A model generated the notes under the pieces. The model had not been told where the DNA came from, did not search any database, and saw only the letters and a list, made by a program, of their open reading frames with translations. The position numbers were made by a program, and so were the translations under genes. Source: Felis catus (Eukaryota). Taken from it: a stretch of DNA of 64,000 nucleotides. Position 1 is the first letter of the stretch. Every line of letters begins with the position of its first letter. Shown piece by piece: positions 51,001-64,000 of the stretch. The stretch is taken from contig NC_058386.1 of assembly GCF_018350175.1 (NCBI RefSeq), positions 42,594,001 to 42,658,000 on the forward strand. The letters are read 5' to 3'.

Positions 51001-54000
51001 ATGTTGGGAATCCAATGCTTGGCCTTCCCATAGGCAGCCGGAGGCCCTGACCCAGAAAGTACCTGGAGGTAGGGGGCAGCAGAGAACCTGGCTTTACCTC
51101 AAGGAGTTTCACCTGGGGATCCTCTAGTCACTTAGGGTAGGGATGATATGGAGGAGGGAGTAAATGGCAAGAGCCTAGATCCCATTTTGCCTTTGTATAA
51201 GGCAAAATACGTGCAAGGTATGATTTCACTTACAATTGAACAAGTTTAACATACATACATGTGACTATACATATAAGTATACAAACATGTAAAAGTTGGG
51301 AAGACCATCCAACAAAATACCCCTAAAAGTTGGCATTACAGGTGATTTTGACCGTCTTCAAGAAAAGTATGCAATCCCTTGTCCAAAATTCCAAAACTCA
51401 AAAAGCTTTGAAAACCAGAAGTCTTCCTCTAATTCATCTGCCATCATAACCTGACCTGAGCTGGCGAGAATGTATTTATCCCCCACTTGGAGGTGAATAT
51501 TCAAACACTGCCATGCAGAAACATTCAGGTGTTCATGAGGTACTGCCACAGACTCCACCAGAGGTGTTACCAAACACACAGTATATACATCAGGTGATTT
51601 TTCTAAATTCTGAAATTTCTCTAAATTCCAAAGCACACCTGACCCCAAAGGTTCAGGTTTAGTGTGCCTAGACAAATGTGTATTTTCAGACTTAAAAAAA
51701 ATAATAATGGATGAGCAACTGGGTGGCTCAGTTGGTTAAACATCTGACTCTTGGTTTTGGCTCAGGTCATGATCTCAGATTGTAGGATCAAGCCCTGTGC
51801 TTACAGCATGGAGCCTGCTTGGGATTCTATCTCCCTCTCTCTCTGCCCCTCCCCTGTTCACTCTCTGTATCTCAAGAAATAAATAAACTTAACCCTCTGT
51901 TTGTCCCTCTCCCTGTTTTTATATTATTTTTGCTTCCCTTCCCTTATATTCATCTATTTTGCATCTTAAAGTCCTCATATGGGTAAGGGGCATTAAGGAA
52001 TCTACTCCTGAAATCGTTGTTGCACTATATGCTAACTTAGATGTAAATTTAAAAATTAAATAAAAATTAAAAAAAAATAAACTTAAAAAACAAATCTCTT
52101 TCTCCTTCTGCCCCTCTCCCTTGCTCACATAAGCACACCCTCTCTAAAAAAAAAAAAGTAGATGAATAAGCAGAAAAGAGGGTATTTAGGGCAGTGAAAC
52201 TACTCTGTATGGTACTTTATAAGTGGGTATGTGTCAGGGCACCTGGGTGGCTCAGTCGGTTAAGCATCTGACTTTGGCCCAGGTCATAATCTCATGGTTC
52301 GTGAGTTCAAGGCCTGCAACAGGCTCCATGCCAACAGTGTGGAGCCTGCTTGGAATTATTTCTCTCTCCCTCTCTCTCTGCCCCTCCCTGGCTCATGCTT
52401 TCTCTCCCTCTCAAATAAAATATAACTTAAAAAAAAGTGGTTATGTATCATTATTCATTTGTCCAAATCCATAGAATGTACACCAAGGGTGAAACCTAAT
52501 GTAAACTGTGGACTTTGGGTGTTTATGATGTGTCCTACATGGACACTGATTGTAACAAATGCACCACTCTGGTGGGGGATGTTAATAATGGGGGAGGCTA
52601 TGCATGTGTGAGGGCAGGGGATATATGGGAACTGCCTGTTCAATATGAGAACTCTTTTGTTCAGTTTTTTTAAAATTTTTTTTCAATGTTTATTTATTTT
52701 GAGAGAGAGACAGAGAATGAGCAGGGGAGAGGCAGAAAGGGAGACACAGAATCTGAAGCAGACTCCAGGCTCCGAGCTGTCAGCACAGAGCCCAACACGG
52801 GGCTCGAACTCACGAACCGTGAGATCATGACCTGAGCCGAAGTTAGACATTTAACCCCCTTTTGTTCAGTTTTTCTGTGAACCTGAAAGTGCTCTAAAAT
52901 ATTAAGTCTATTAAAAAAATAGGGGGGCCTGGTGGCTTAGTCGGTTAAGCGTCCGACTTTGGCTCAGGTCATGATCTCGCAGTCCATGAGTTCAAGCTCC
53001 ACGTCAGGCTCTGTGCTGACAGCTCAGAGCCTGGAGCCTGCTTCAAATTCTGTGCCTCCCTTTCTCTCTCTGCCCCTCCCCCACTCATGCTTTGTCTCTC
53101 TTGCAAGAATAAACAAACATTAAAAAAAATAAAAAATAATAATGTCCACGGGTCACTTAGAACATATTTTCCATTTCAAAACAAAACTAGAAGCAGCAGA
53201 CCTTTCCCAGGCCTCTTACGCCCTCTGGTGGCCACCAGAAGAAACCAGCCTTACCTATCATCCAGGCTAGGGACCAGAAGTACCAAGCATGCTCCTTTGG
53301 GACACCACCCTGACCAGGGATTTATAGTATATGGCTAATGATCACTAGACAGAGGGGATCACTACTCTACAGGACACTTTTCCCCAGCTCAAGTGAGCAA
53401 AATTCCCGGCAGAGTAGGAAGTATGAAGTCTGGAAGCCAAAAGCTCTGCATTCCAATCCCAGCTCTGCCACTCACTCGCTGCATGATTTCAGGTAAGCTA
53501 CCTGAACTCACCAAGCCTCAGTTTCCTATCAAACAGGGGATATGTGATCTACCTGATGGAGCTGTCAAGAAGCTCAGAGGAGCTTCAAGACCTGAAAAGG
53601 CTTTGTAAATAACCTAAGTCACCAGTCACAGAAGAGTGGACACTGGCCCAGAGACGATGCACAACTGAGGCCCTCAGAGAGTACCAGGTGAGTGGCTGGA
53701 CAGTAAGGGATGAAGATGGGGGTGACAAAGGAATGCCCAGCAGCCCCACCATTACGGCCCACACCCCGGGAAGGTGTTACCAGCTTTCCAGAGATGACAA
53801 AGGTACCTGGAAGCCCTTAATGGGTTCCCATAGACATCACAAAGACTCTTATTTGAGCACAACACTCCAACAACCAGGTGCCTGTCCACAACCAAGAGAC
53901 TGTGGACTAGTACACTCCGGCCAGTTCCCTCAAGTCCATCCCTGTCCTGCAGGGACAGTCATATCCCAACACCATGGTGCCTGCTCTAGCCAGGGGTCAC

Positions 54001-57000
54001 CAGCAGGGAAGCTACAACTATGTCTAAAGGCACAGACTGGACAGAAAGAAAAGTTCTTTAAAAAGAAGGGCACACAGCAACCTCCTGCCCTCAAGTGTGT
54101 GTGGGGAGGGAGTGGGGGGAGGTGAGATCAAGGTGATCAAAGAGGATAAGAGGGGCCCCTACTTACTCATCCAACAAAAGTTTACCAGGCAGCTGCTAAG
54201 TCAGACCCTGTCTGTATTAAGGCTGGCAATGAGGACAGAGAAATGAATCAGACTTGGTCTCTACCTTCGATAAATTCACAAATTGCTAGGGGGGTGGGGA
54301 AACAGGGAATGACCACACACAGTGTGAGCAGGGCAGTGAAAGAATTGAACACACAGTGCTATGAAACACAGAGGAAGGGACCTGGCCAGTCATTAAGGCT
54401 GGCACTTGAATAGAGGTGCCAGCTGACCAAAGGATCAAAACATAAAGACCTCCAGAAATGCTTGTTAACTGGATAAGAAATCACTTCTGGGGACACCTGG
54501 CTGGCTCTGTTGGAGAAGAATGTGACTCTTGGGTCTTGGGATTGTGAGTCTGAGCCCCATGTTGCGTGTTGAGATTACTTAAACTAATTTAAAAAAATCA
54601 CTTCTGCCACAGAACACTAGGGATGCCAAAGGCCCAGCAATGACTCCAGCACAGCTCAAGTCCTGGGTAGGACTATGCAGGTAAGCAGAGCGGGGCCAGG
54701 AAGAAAGATGAACTCCTATTAGCCAAATGCCTGCCCCTCACCAGGTGCCTGATGCAAAAGTTAACTTCACTTAATTGTTCTTATCACAGTCCAGCTGCCA
54801 GTGAGCATTAACCTTATTTGGCAGAGGCAAAAGAGCTGGGGTTTGGGCACCAGCAAAGGCTAGTATAGAGGTAACAGGGGAGGCCTCATGAGCCACAGTG
54901 TAGAGACATACCTGGCAGCCTATCCTAGGAAAATCCTGGTTTGTCCCTAAAATTGAAGGAGGCCTGAATCTGGAGGCCAGACCACTACCTACCCATTGGC
55001 TTTAGCATCAGCAGCCTTAAGGGCTTAGGCTCTGGCTGAAACCGTGCCTTTCCCTTTGGAGAGAGAAAATAGGACATCATTGTCCTGGGCTCCAGAAAGA
55101 GATGAAGAGTCTCAGGAGCCTCTAGCATAGTCTCCTCCTTCCCACAGCTGGACAGGAGCCTCTGAGAAAGATGCCAACTTGGGAACTGTTTAGGAAAGTG
55201 GCCCAAGAAAAAAATGCTGGTGGGGGAGAGGTGCGGGGGCTAGTCCTGCCATTGGTAAGTTTAAGTTACAATGCTCTAGCCTGAGAAAGTCAAGTCCAGA
55301 CCATGAATCTTACAAGGCCACTGCTGAGCCTGTCGGTGAGTCCCTCCCACATCTCTGAGCCTCCATAAGGGGACTGGACAAAGTTCTCTGACATCAGGGG
55401 ATCCCAGGAGCAAGACTCTGCAACCTACTGGTCCAAAGGCCCAAAAGAAGTTAAAGCAGGGGCGCCTGGGTGGCTCAGTCAGTTAAGCGTCCGACTTCGG
55501 CTCAGGTCATGATCTCACAGTTTCTGAGTTCGAGCCCCACATCGGGCTCTGTGCTGACAGCTTAGAGTCTGGAGCCTGCTTCAAATTCTATGGCTCCCTC
55601 TCTCTCTGCTCCTCCCCCTCTCATGCTCTCTCTCTCCTTCAAAAATAAATAAAAACATTTAAAAAAATTAAAAAAAAAAGTTGAAGCAGACTGTGGGACC
55701 CAAGTAATTTAGGTTCCAATCCAGCTCCACCAATTACTAGCCATGTGATGAACCACTCTAAAAATTCCACAGTATTCCAATCTGTGAAATAGGATAACAA
55801 GCTTCCCAATAATAGGGTTACTGGGAAGACTCCAATATTACATGACTTTACCCAGCAGAATAACATTTAATGGGTTTCCTTCTTCCCCTGGAATACCCCT
55901 ATAGTAACCTGAATGATGACCACCCACAGATATCAGAGGCCCTAAACCTGAAACCTGTAAATGGTACTTTGTAAGGAAAAAGGGTCTTTGGGGTGTGATT
56001 AAGTTAAGGGTCTTGAGATGGGGAGATTACCTTGGGAGTATTCAGGTAGGACCTAAATGCAATCACAAGTGCGAGAAAGACCTGACACAGAAGAGGAGAC
56101 CACACATAAATAGAGAGGACAGTATGAAATCAGGCAGAGGCTGGAGTGATGTGATCACAAACCAAAGAACACCGGCAGCCACCAGAAGCTGGAAGAATAC
56201 TGGATTCTCCTTAGAGCCTCTGCAGCAAGTGTGGTCCTGNNNNNNNNNNNNNNNNNNNNNNNNNNNNNNNNNNNNNNNNNNNNNNNNNNNNNNNNNNNNN
56301 NNNNNNNNNNNNNNNNNNNNNNNNNNNNNNNNNNNNNNNNNNNNNNNNNNNNNNNNNNNNNNNNNNNNNNNNNNNNNNNNNNNNAGCACTCCCTAGTGTG
56401 AGCCATGAGGCTATATGGCATGGTTCCCGTCCTGCAGGATCTACCTCTCTAGCATTCCCCCAGGGAGAGGATTAGAATGAAGGCAGCAGGGGCTTGGAAC
56501 TCCCCCTCCCAGTCTGGGAAGCTACTGACCCTGCCTATCAATGAATGAGCTGCCACTGAAGACAGAGGGGGCAGGGGAAGATGGCAGCAGCAGTGGCAGC
56601 TCTTGAGCAGGTCTTCCCAGAGCCCGTGGCCAAGAGGTGTTTAGTATTCTGGCCTTCACAGCTCTGTCCCAGCAAGTCTGATGCCAAGACCACCCTTCTC
56701 TCCCCCCAAATCACCCAGGAACACTGGCTCAACTCCATGGGCAAAACACAGGCAACCCATCCAATGAAAAACAGAGGCGCACTGCTCTCTAAGGAGCAAC
56801 ACAAGCTCTCCAGGATGAAGGAATGGGAAAGGAGCAAGGCCCCAAACCTACTGCTGGGCCACTGAGGGGGCAAGGGGAGAGGGGCTGGGTTAAAAAAATG
56901 AAGATTCTATCATTCTTCAACAAAAAGAAATGAAGTATTGCTGCATACTACAACACGGATGAGCCTTGAAAAGAATATGCTAAGAGAAAAAACCCAGATA

Positions 57001-60000
57001 CAAAGAATTTCACATTGCAGGATTCCATTTGTAGGAACTGTTCAGAATAGAAGAATCAATCAAAATGAAAAGTAGATTAGTAGTTGCTGGGGCTGGGAGG
57101 CGATGGGGGATTGGGAGATGGGGATGGTGCNNNNNNNNNNNNNNNNNNNNNNNNNNNNNNNNNNNNNNNNNNNNNNNNNNNNNNNNNNNNNNNNNNNNNN
57201 NNNNNNNNNNNNNNNNNNNNNNNNNNNNNNNNNNNNNNNNNNNNNNNNNNNNNNNNNNTTATCTCCATAAAGCCGTTAAAATTAAACAAACCCAAGGGCT
57301 GACAACAATGGCAGAGGAGAAGGAAGCCAAACATTGTATGAGACTTCGTAACACACCCCCATAAGCCAACGGGCCTTACCCAAAACTTTCAAAATGGGGA
57401 GGGGGAGTGGGGAGCAGGGAATTAAGAGATTACAACCAGCTTCTCAGAAATGAGTCCAACCTCCCTCCTCATTATTACCCATTTCAAGGCTGGAGAAACT
57501 GAGGCCCAGAAAAGGGAACCGCCTGAAGATACAGAACTCAAACCCAGAAAGCCCAGGCAGGGACCACTTCCTGCTATAAGATTCTGTCTCCCCGCCAAAG
57601 GAATCCACCGGTTCCTGGATGCCAAAGGGTCTTTGCTAACAAAGCTCGATTGTTAACAAAGCCTCCCAGGGAGAACCTAGATTGTCCTGGGGAAACTGCA
57701 AGAGAAGAAATCAGCCAAGCTCCGAGGTGGACAGGCACTCCTACACTCAATAACCCCAGGCATGGGTGGACTCTTGGGGGTGGGGGGAAGGAAGCTGAGA
57801 GTTTGCCTGAAGCCATGAAACAGCCAAGTAGGAGACCCTAGGGTTTGAACTCAGGCCTGCCCAGCTCCAAAGCCAATTTTTCCACACACAAACCTACCTC
57901 TACACCATCCAATAGGCCCCTTGACGGGCAACCCCCAAGCCTATTCACCATAACACAGCTGGACATAAAACATCACTGCCTGCCAACCCCAAACCTCACA
58001 CTGAACAGACACTTGTCCTGCCCACCAAGCTTGGGCAAGGGAAAGAGGAAGAGGAACCCAGTTTTTCCTCAAAAGACACTCACCATTCTCTGTCACCTCT
58101 AGGTCCCGAGGGCTTCAGTATGAGTTCCCTAAAATCCCAAAGCTAAACGACCCTTCACCAGCTCCTTACCTGACCCATGAAGAAACTGAGACCCAGAGAA
58201 CACAGACCTAACTATTCTGGTTCATCCAGCAAAGCTCCAGCAGAGTCAGAGTAAGAACCCAGGTACTCTGGCTACAGTGCCAGGTCCAGTACCTCTGACC
58301 ACCTCCGCATTGCACACCCCATTCTTAAAATGCTCTGAGGGGTCCTCAAGCTCTTTTCACAGTGTAGACTCGGTAAGGCAGCCATGCCTGGAAAAGAAAC
58401 CCCCAACATCACCCCCTCCCTAGCACCAGGACCCCAGGGTGCCAAAAGGGCTCCTAAAATCAGCGGAGGTAGTCACAGCATCCAAACAGACAGGAAGTCT
58501 GAGTAGTCGGAACAAGGATCCACCATCTGGGTTTCCTCTCACCAACTTCTCTCTTTTCCACGGGATCTAATGGGCCTCAAAGGCTATAAACGCCCCCAGG
58601 TGATAGTTCAGGACAAAGACTGGAACCGCAGGAAGAATCTCTGCTCTTCTCATCCCCAGAAAGCCCCAAGTTGGACCAGGTGAGGCAGGGAGAAGCATCT
58701 TATTCTCCTTTTGTCCCAAGAAGTGTGAAGACAGGAAAAGCCTTCCCCCTGTCATTGGGAAGGCATCATGCAACCACAGAGTTTTACTTCCACACATATT
58801 CTTATGGGAACAAGTATGGGGGAGGGACTCCCAGCCTAGAAGATGCAAAGGGGGTGTAAGGAGATGTCTTTCTAGTCACCATGTCAGCACGCAACTTTCT
58901 TCCTTTATGTCCCTGGGACCAGGGATGTAGCATTCTCTAGTTCTGTGGAGGAAAGGCAGCCTACTACAATCAGGGAGAGAAACAATTCCTGGCCCTGACC
59001 CTGTAGACTCAGACAATTTATTCTACCTGTAGGAGTAAAGGGTAGAAAGGTATCAAGGACAGGGGACTCAAGACAAGGCCCTGGCCCCTGTGAAGTGCAG
59101 AAAGAATTATCTGAATCAAGGGGAATAGGAATATGGGTAGAGAATTTCCCTGGAGTGGGAATGTCTCCAGGAAGAAAAAAGCTTGTTGAAAGCAATTCAG
59201 AAAGCTCAGGATATTTCCAATCCTGGAAACGAGAAGCAAACAGAGCTGGGTCAGGGAGAGACTCAGAGTTATCTCCTAGTTCTTGAGGGCAGGCCTCAGC
59301 CCCAAGTCCCCAGTATCTGGCAACCTTCTCATAGAAAGTAGGAAGATCTTCTTGGCCTGTGAGAGTTCAGGTAAGGGGTTCTTAGGACTATATAGCACCC
59401 AGGTCCTTCTGTTCAATGGCAGAGGCCTCAGGCCACACTGGAGAGGACCCATGTCCCTCTCCCTGGTAAGAAAGGATTGCCTCGTTGTGGGGAGGGGGAG
59501 AGCGCCTCATACCCAAGGGGGACTCAGGTCTCTCCTTAAGATAAATGATCTCTTGTCCCTAAGGAGAATCTTAGGCCCCTAGGAAGAGGCTCAGCCTCTT
59601 CCTCAGAATCCTGTCCTATCCATGTCCCCAAGGGGAGTAGAAAGTTCTTGGAATTTAGTTCATAAATGGCCTGAAGCCCAAGTCCCCAAAGCAAAAAAAT
59701 CCCTCAAAGGCCCCTTTAACGGGTATACCTATGCTATCTAAAGTGAGGTGACAATTGGTACTTTCAGGACAGACTCAGGTCTCAGGTCCTAAGGTGGGTA
59801 AGGTGTCTCACGCACCTGAAAGAAAGTTTAAACTGTTAGAGGGAGACTCGGGACCCTATTTTCCAGGGACTCCCTATCCACGCCCCTAAGAAAAGGGTCT
59901 TGGGGCTCAATTCCGAGTCCTAAGGTAGAAGGAGTCCTCCTGTTCCTGAAGAGATCCTTAAATTCCTTGAAGAGAGAAGCCCAGACCACATTTCTAGAGA

Positions 60001-62049
60001 CACACCAGTCACTGGGGTATTCATGGGTCTCTTGTCCTTGAGGACAAGCTCAAGTGTCCTTGGCTCAATGAGTCTCAGGCCCTTGATCCATGGGAAGACC
60101 TCAGGTCCATCTCTAGGACTCCATGCTGCTCATGTCCCCTGAAGACTGGTATCAGGCTACAGTTCCCAAAGCAGGGATCTTACATCCCTTATAAACAGCT
60201 CAGGCCCTTGGAGCAGGGGATGCTCAGATCCATGTTTCAGGGGGAGAAGGGGCGTTTTTGGACCCAAAGTATGTTTCAGTCTTTCATAATTAGGGTAGAA
60301 GAACCTCATATCCCTGTATTTGTGTGTGTGTGTGGGGGGGTGTCTCAGACCCCCAAGAATACTCAGACACCAATCCCTGAGGAGAAAGGACTTCTGTGGA
60401 TGGGGGGTAATCCATCTCCTGAAGAGGCTTCAGACCCAGTCTCTGTAAGCCCCAGTTCATAAGCAGGAGGATCTTAGGCTCAAGTACCCAAAACAGTGAG
60501 GCTTATTTTCTTGAAGAAAGGCTCAGGCTGGGGAGGTGGGGGAAGAGAAGAGCTGAAGGTCTATCACTTAAAAAAAGCTTAAGCTCCTAGAGAGAAATTC
60601 AGACTCTTGTCCCCAAAGAGGTCTCAGACCACTGAAAGGAAGCACAGACTCTTGTCACCTGGAAAAGGGATCAATCTCATGTACCTTTGTAGTTTCTGGT
60701 CCATGAGTGTTAGTTTTGGCGCTTGTCCCCAAGGGGAAGGGAATCTTATCTCCATGAAAGTCGTTTTATTTCCCTGAAGAAAAGCTAGAAGATCCCCTTC
60801 TCTAAAGGGAATGTATCTGTGTGTGTCAGATACTTGATTCTAGGAGACGGAATCTTAGGCCCTTGAAAAACAGGCTTAGAACCTTTAAGGAAGTCGCTGG
60901 AATCCATTGGAATGGTCCTGTGTTTTGTTCCCCCTGAAAAGTAAAGGGAGGGGTTGTCCTGTATGTACTGTCTCAAACTCCCGAAAATGGTTTAGATATC
61001 TTGGGGACACTCAAAAATGTATAAGGTTTCCATCCTATTTGTGTTCCCCTGAGGAGAAATCTCAGACCCTATTCCAAGAGGAAAGAAAATCTCAAGACAC
61101 AGAACACAAACCAAGGTCCCCTGGAGTCATGAGACTCCCCTCTCAGGTGGCATTCCTACCTACTGGCCCTACACGAGGACGTCTCAGGGCCCAGAATAAT
61201 GGCTATGGGTCCCAGAAGAGACCACGGACTCCATCGTTAAGTCCGCCATCTTATCTGGGGCTTCCAACCCTCAAGTCCTTGGTGGGGGGCAGGGAAGAGG
61301 GTGTCCTAGGCCCCTACCACCAGAGAAGAATGAATGCCAGGCCCCGGGAGAAGACGTAGGTCCCTTGGGGGGACCTCAAACAGCCTTCCTTGGGTCCCTA
61401 TCCAGTCTGGGGATCCCACCCACCACATCCACTCACCTATCACCCCCAGCCATACCTGCTCAACGGTTGCGGGGTCCATAGCCTCGATGCGGGCTGCAGC
61501 CGCTTCGTATTCGTCCTCACTGTTGTAACCCGCGCCGACCTCCTCACGCTCCGGACTGCCCCCGCCAACCGCTCCGACCCCGGGGGCTTGACGTCGCCGC
61601 TTGCTGTGGCCCGGCCCGGAGCAGCAACCTCCCACGCCTACGGTTCCGCCCACGCCCACCACCACGCCCGCCGCGCCCACACCCGCCGCCGCTGAGCCCA
61701 GCGCGTCGCCGGGACCGCCGCCGGGACCGACAGGGCCCCCGCAAGGAGGAGGAGAGGCCTGCTGTGGTCGCGGACCCGCCACGGCGCCAGGCGGCACAGC
61801 CAGCGCCCAGCGGTGAAGCGCTCCCGGCGGCCCCGGTAGCGGGCCCTGAGGCGGTGGTGAGGCCCGGGAACGGGGCCCCACGACTCCCGAGTCACGGTCG
61901 CGGTCGCCACCGCCCACACCCGTGCCGCCGCCGCCCACGCCCACACCCCCGCCGCGACGCGGCGCCGGGGGCAGCGGCCCGGGCGGCGGCGGTTCGTTGG
62001 CGGGGTCGGCGTCGGGAGGCGGCGGCTTCTTTTTGGGGAGAATAGTCAT
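36083..62049 (-). CDS. OTUD5: OTU deubiquitinase 5 (DUBA), exons 1-8: join(61456-62049, 50670-50763, 43087-43151, 42843[alt 42828]-42999, 42596-42744, 37958-38161, 36286-36487, 36083-36196); final coding exon not visible
   Basis: [12 protein letters not shown]..., GYNSEDEYE (activating phospho-Ser), catalytic DGACLFRA and HYNS motifs, ...QQMSPSAF-G. All junctions are GT-AG and in phase (1579 nt through exon 8). Confidence 0.96.
38895..41935 (+). mobile_element. Old L1M (L1MC-like) remnant in OTUD5 intron 5, interrupted by a felid L1 3' end (39241-39368), an antisense SINE (39370-39618) and SINEs at 40798-41030, 41071-41275, 41279-41480
   Basis: AAGAAGATATACAGATGGCAAATAAGCACATGAAAAGATGCTCAACA (L1 ORF2 3' part) and L1MC-like 3'UTR motifs. 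Confidence 0.75.
40318..40665 (+). repeat. ~175-bp direct tandem duplication inside an old L1 3' region
   Basis: Copies 40318-40492 and 40493-40665 both begin CAATTCCAAAAGAGAAACATCCTAC and end AACAAATGT. Confidence 0.9.
51372..51665. mobile_element. MER46/Tigger4-like DNA transposon remnant
   Basis: ATCCCTTGTCCAAAATTCC...CTGACCCCAAAGGTTCAGG resembles recalled MER46C. Confidence 0.45.
51893..52074. mobile_element. 5'-inverted (twin-primed) felid L1 inserted in the A-tail of a SINE (51710-51892)
   Basis: Antisense L1 piece 51893-~51981 joined to a sense L1 3' end with poly(A); TSD AAATAAACTTAA. Confidence 0.8.
52237..53135. mobile_element. CanSINEs 52237-52437(+), 52665-52856(-) and 52921-53135(+) within an old L1M 3' end
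   Basis: SINE heads and tails; L1M motif GTGAAACCTAATGTAAACTGTGGACTTTGGG. Confidence 0.8.
55459..55680 (+). mobile_element. CanSINE
   Basis: Canonical sequence; TSD AAGTT(A/G)AAGCAG. Confidence 0.9.
55900..56239 (+). mobile_element. MLT1-type MaLR LTR (3' part lost in the N-run 56240-56384)
   Basis: GGAAAAAGGGTCTTTG...GATTAAGTTAAGGGTCTTGAGATGGGGAGATT and CCACCAGAAGCTGGAAGA motifs. Confidence 0.8.
56915..57290 (+). mobile_element. Old L1M 3' end (contains the N-run 57131-57258)
   Basis: AAAAGAAATGAAGTATTGCTGCATACTACAACACGGATGAGCCTTGAAAA and AGTAGATTAGTAGTTGC. Confidence 0.75.
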
Positions 62050-63200
62050 GGCGGCACCGCCAAGTACCCCCCAGCAAACCCGGCGCGAGGCACGCTGGGA
62101 TAGAACCCGGATGAGGGGGCTACTGTGGTGCGCGAAGCACGACGGGATCGGCGGGACCCGGATAAAGAGATTGAGGCACCGGTTCGAGAACCGTCGGTGG
62201 CGCGCAGGTCACGGGGCAGGAGAACCCGGATGTGAAGTCCTAGATGATGGCACCGCGGCGAGTTTGTCGTAGCCTTTTCTCCAAGTCCAACAAGTTTACT
62301 GCTATGCTCGCTCGTTCCGGCCTGCCGCTTCAAAGGAAACAGAACCAAAACAAGCACCTCTTCGCCCCGCCCCCTCGCAGGTTCTTGAACTACCGGGTGG
62401 GGCCCCGGGGCGCTGCGCACGCGCGCCAGGGCACAGTCCCGCCTCTCGTTCGGAAGTACGTGGGCAAAATCTTCGCCGCCGCCAAAACAATTGCAGACAC
62501 CAACCAATCGAGGCAGTTGCGTGGGTCTACGATGATGCCCACGGGCCAATCAGAAGCTAGCGATCGCCCTCCCGTGCCCTCCGTCTCAGATTTCAGTCAA
62601 AGTCTGCACTCTTGTTCCTTGCCTTTCTTCTCTCGACCGTCCTGTCGCGCTCTTCTCTCCCTGAGGCTCTGACTCACAGGCAGGAGTACTATGACAGCAC
62701 AGTGCGGCCGGCCCCAGGCGCGACAACTTGAAAACGACTCCCTGCCAGGCTTCCAACCTGGCCGCAGTCAGCCGGACTGACTGGAAAATATCAACACTCC
62801 CAGAGCATAGCAATCCCCTGAAGCGTCAGTTCCGGTCCCACCCACCTGCAAATCCCTGTCCTGCCGAGAGGCGGGCTCCGCTTCACCCTGGCAACAGGCC
62901 GAGTTCTGCGGTAATTGGTTAAGAGAAGCCGTCACTAACGTCGGATTGGCCAACCCCGGGACAGACCTGCATCGTGGGGACCTTGGGTATTTGGGAGGCA
63001 AACACGCCCTCTTTGGCACCACTGCGCTCCCGCCCTCGAGTTGACCTCCCCGCCTCGGTGGCTAGTGCGCAAACGCGGCACAACCTTCCCACCGTACACC
63101 GCTCCCCCCCCCCAAACTGAGTTTACCTGGATTGAGCAAAAGTTTAGGAACCAGCACTGTCCACCAGCCAGCGTCCCGCAATGGGGTTGGTAAAATTCCT
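61400..63200 (-). promoter_or_regulatory. OTUD5 CpG island / promoter
   Basis: Very high CpG density around exon 1; CCAAT boxes (~62503, ~62546), GC box, NRF1-like TGCGCACGCGCG, ETS CGGAAGT. Confidence 0.85.
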
Positions 63201-63304
63201 GGTAAAGAGCGGCTGGAGATCTACAGGCTAATCGTAGCTCTGCTCCTCCTGTCTGAGTGATCCCTGACAAGTCATTTAACATCCACCCCATCCGCAATTC
63301 AAAA

Positions 63305-63408
63305 AATTATTTATTTTTTTAGTAGTCTCTGTACCCAAGGTGGAGCTCAAACTCACAACCCTCGAGATCGAGTCGCGTGCTCTTCCCACTGAGCCAGCCA
63401 GGGCCCCC
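63305..63408 (-). mobile_element. Short older CanSINE
   Basis: Reverse tRNA-like head; TSD CCATC(C/T)GCAATT. Confidence 0.8.
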
Positions 63409-64000
63409 ATCTGCAATTTCTACTTCTCTGTAACATGGCAATGATAATTCCAATTTAAGGATCAAAGATTAATGCTTGTAAAGGGCCTAGTGCTGTGCTT
63501 GGCACAGAGTTAAGTGCTCAATAAATTAGTCTGAATGGCAGTGCAACGAAAATGATCCCAGGCTTTGGAGTCAGGAAGACATCAGTTCCAGCCCTCCATG
63601 GACTGTTACCAACTGTATGACTTTGAACAAGTCATTGTCTCAAATTTGAGATTACCTATGCAAAACGGGAATGATAATGCCTGCCCAGACTACCTCAGGG
63701 AGCAGTTATGGGGTTCAGATAAGCTTATGAGCCGAGAAGTTGTTGCGAGAGGTGATGGCTTGCTGCCAGTCTCAGGAGTCAAGCTGTACAACATGTTGAC
63801 TGAAAGAGAGATGATCAGAAATCTGAGTGCCACCTAACCTTCTTCCTTCAGATGCCGACCTTGGTTCAGTTCTTCCTTCAGGAATAATATTCAGGAATAC
63901 TCCTGAAGAAATGACTACAAAAAGAGTGTTGTGTTTTCTGCTCTGGAGACTTAATGGGAGAGGACTCACGTTTACTAGGCTTATTGTGTTCAGGGCACTG

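Noticed and set aside
62046-62549. Minus-strand ORF whose stop overlaps the OTUD5 ATG (ATGA)
   Set aside because: Non-AUG start probably upstream of the TSS, and I saw no upstream AUG in the likely 5'UTR; probably a GC-rich chance ORF.
63400-64000. Expected syntenic neighbours KCND1 (right) and PCSK1N (left)
   Set aside because: No coding sequence for either is recognisable in the window; the right end is MIR-like or unique sequence.

Overview
Mammalian genomic DNA from a felid (dense tRNA-derived CanSINE/SINEC_Fc elements, felid-type L1 3' ends), orthologous to the eutherian Xp11.23 block. I reconstructed five intron-containing genes exon by exon from GT/AG sites with consistent phase: TIMM17B (-, 172 aa), PQBP1 (+, 265 aa, head-to-head with TIMM17B), SLC35A2 (-, 395/398 aa isoforms, tail-to-tail with PQBP1), PIM2 (-, 311 aa plus two in-frame CUG-initiated extensions) and OTUD5 (-, exons 1-8 visible; the last coding exon apparently lies in an N-run). 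The main unexpected signal is at ~4.3-7.1 kb on the + strand: a stop- and frameshift-riddled series of A20-type zinc-finger remnants and linker motifs, roughly collinear with the C-terminal half of TNFAIP3/A20. It looks like the fossil of an intron-containing A20 paralogue facing the 3' end of TIMM17B. Other observations: a tandemly duplicated PIM2 poly(A) site, a candidate intragenic PIM2 promoter (CTCF/NRF1/MYB/RFX), homogenised PQBP1 heptad repeats, several ancient degenerate tandem arrays, a twin-primed L1, and N-runs concentrated in gene 3' ends. Comparisons to human/mouse proteins and repeat families are from memory; no database search was run.
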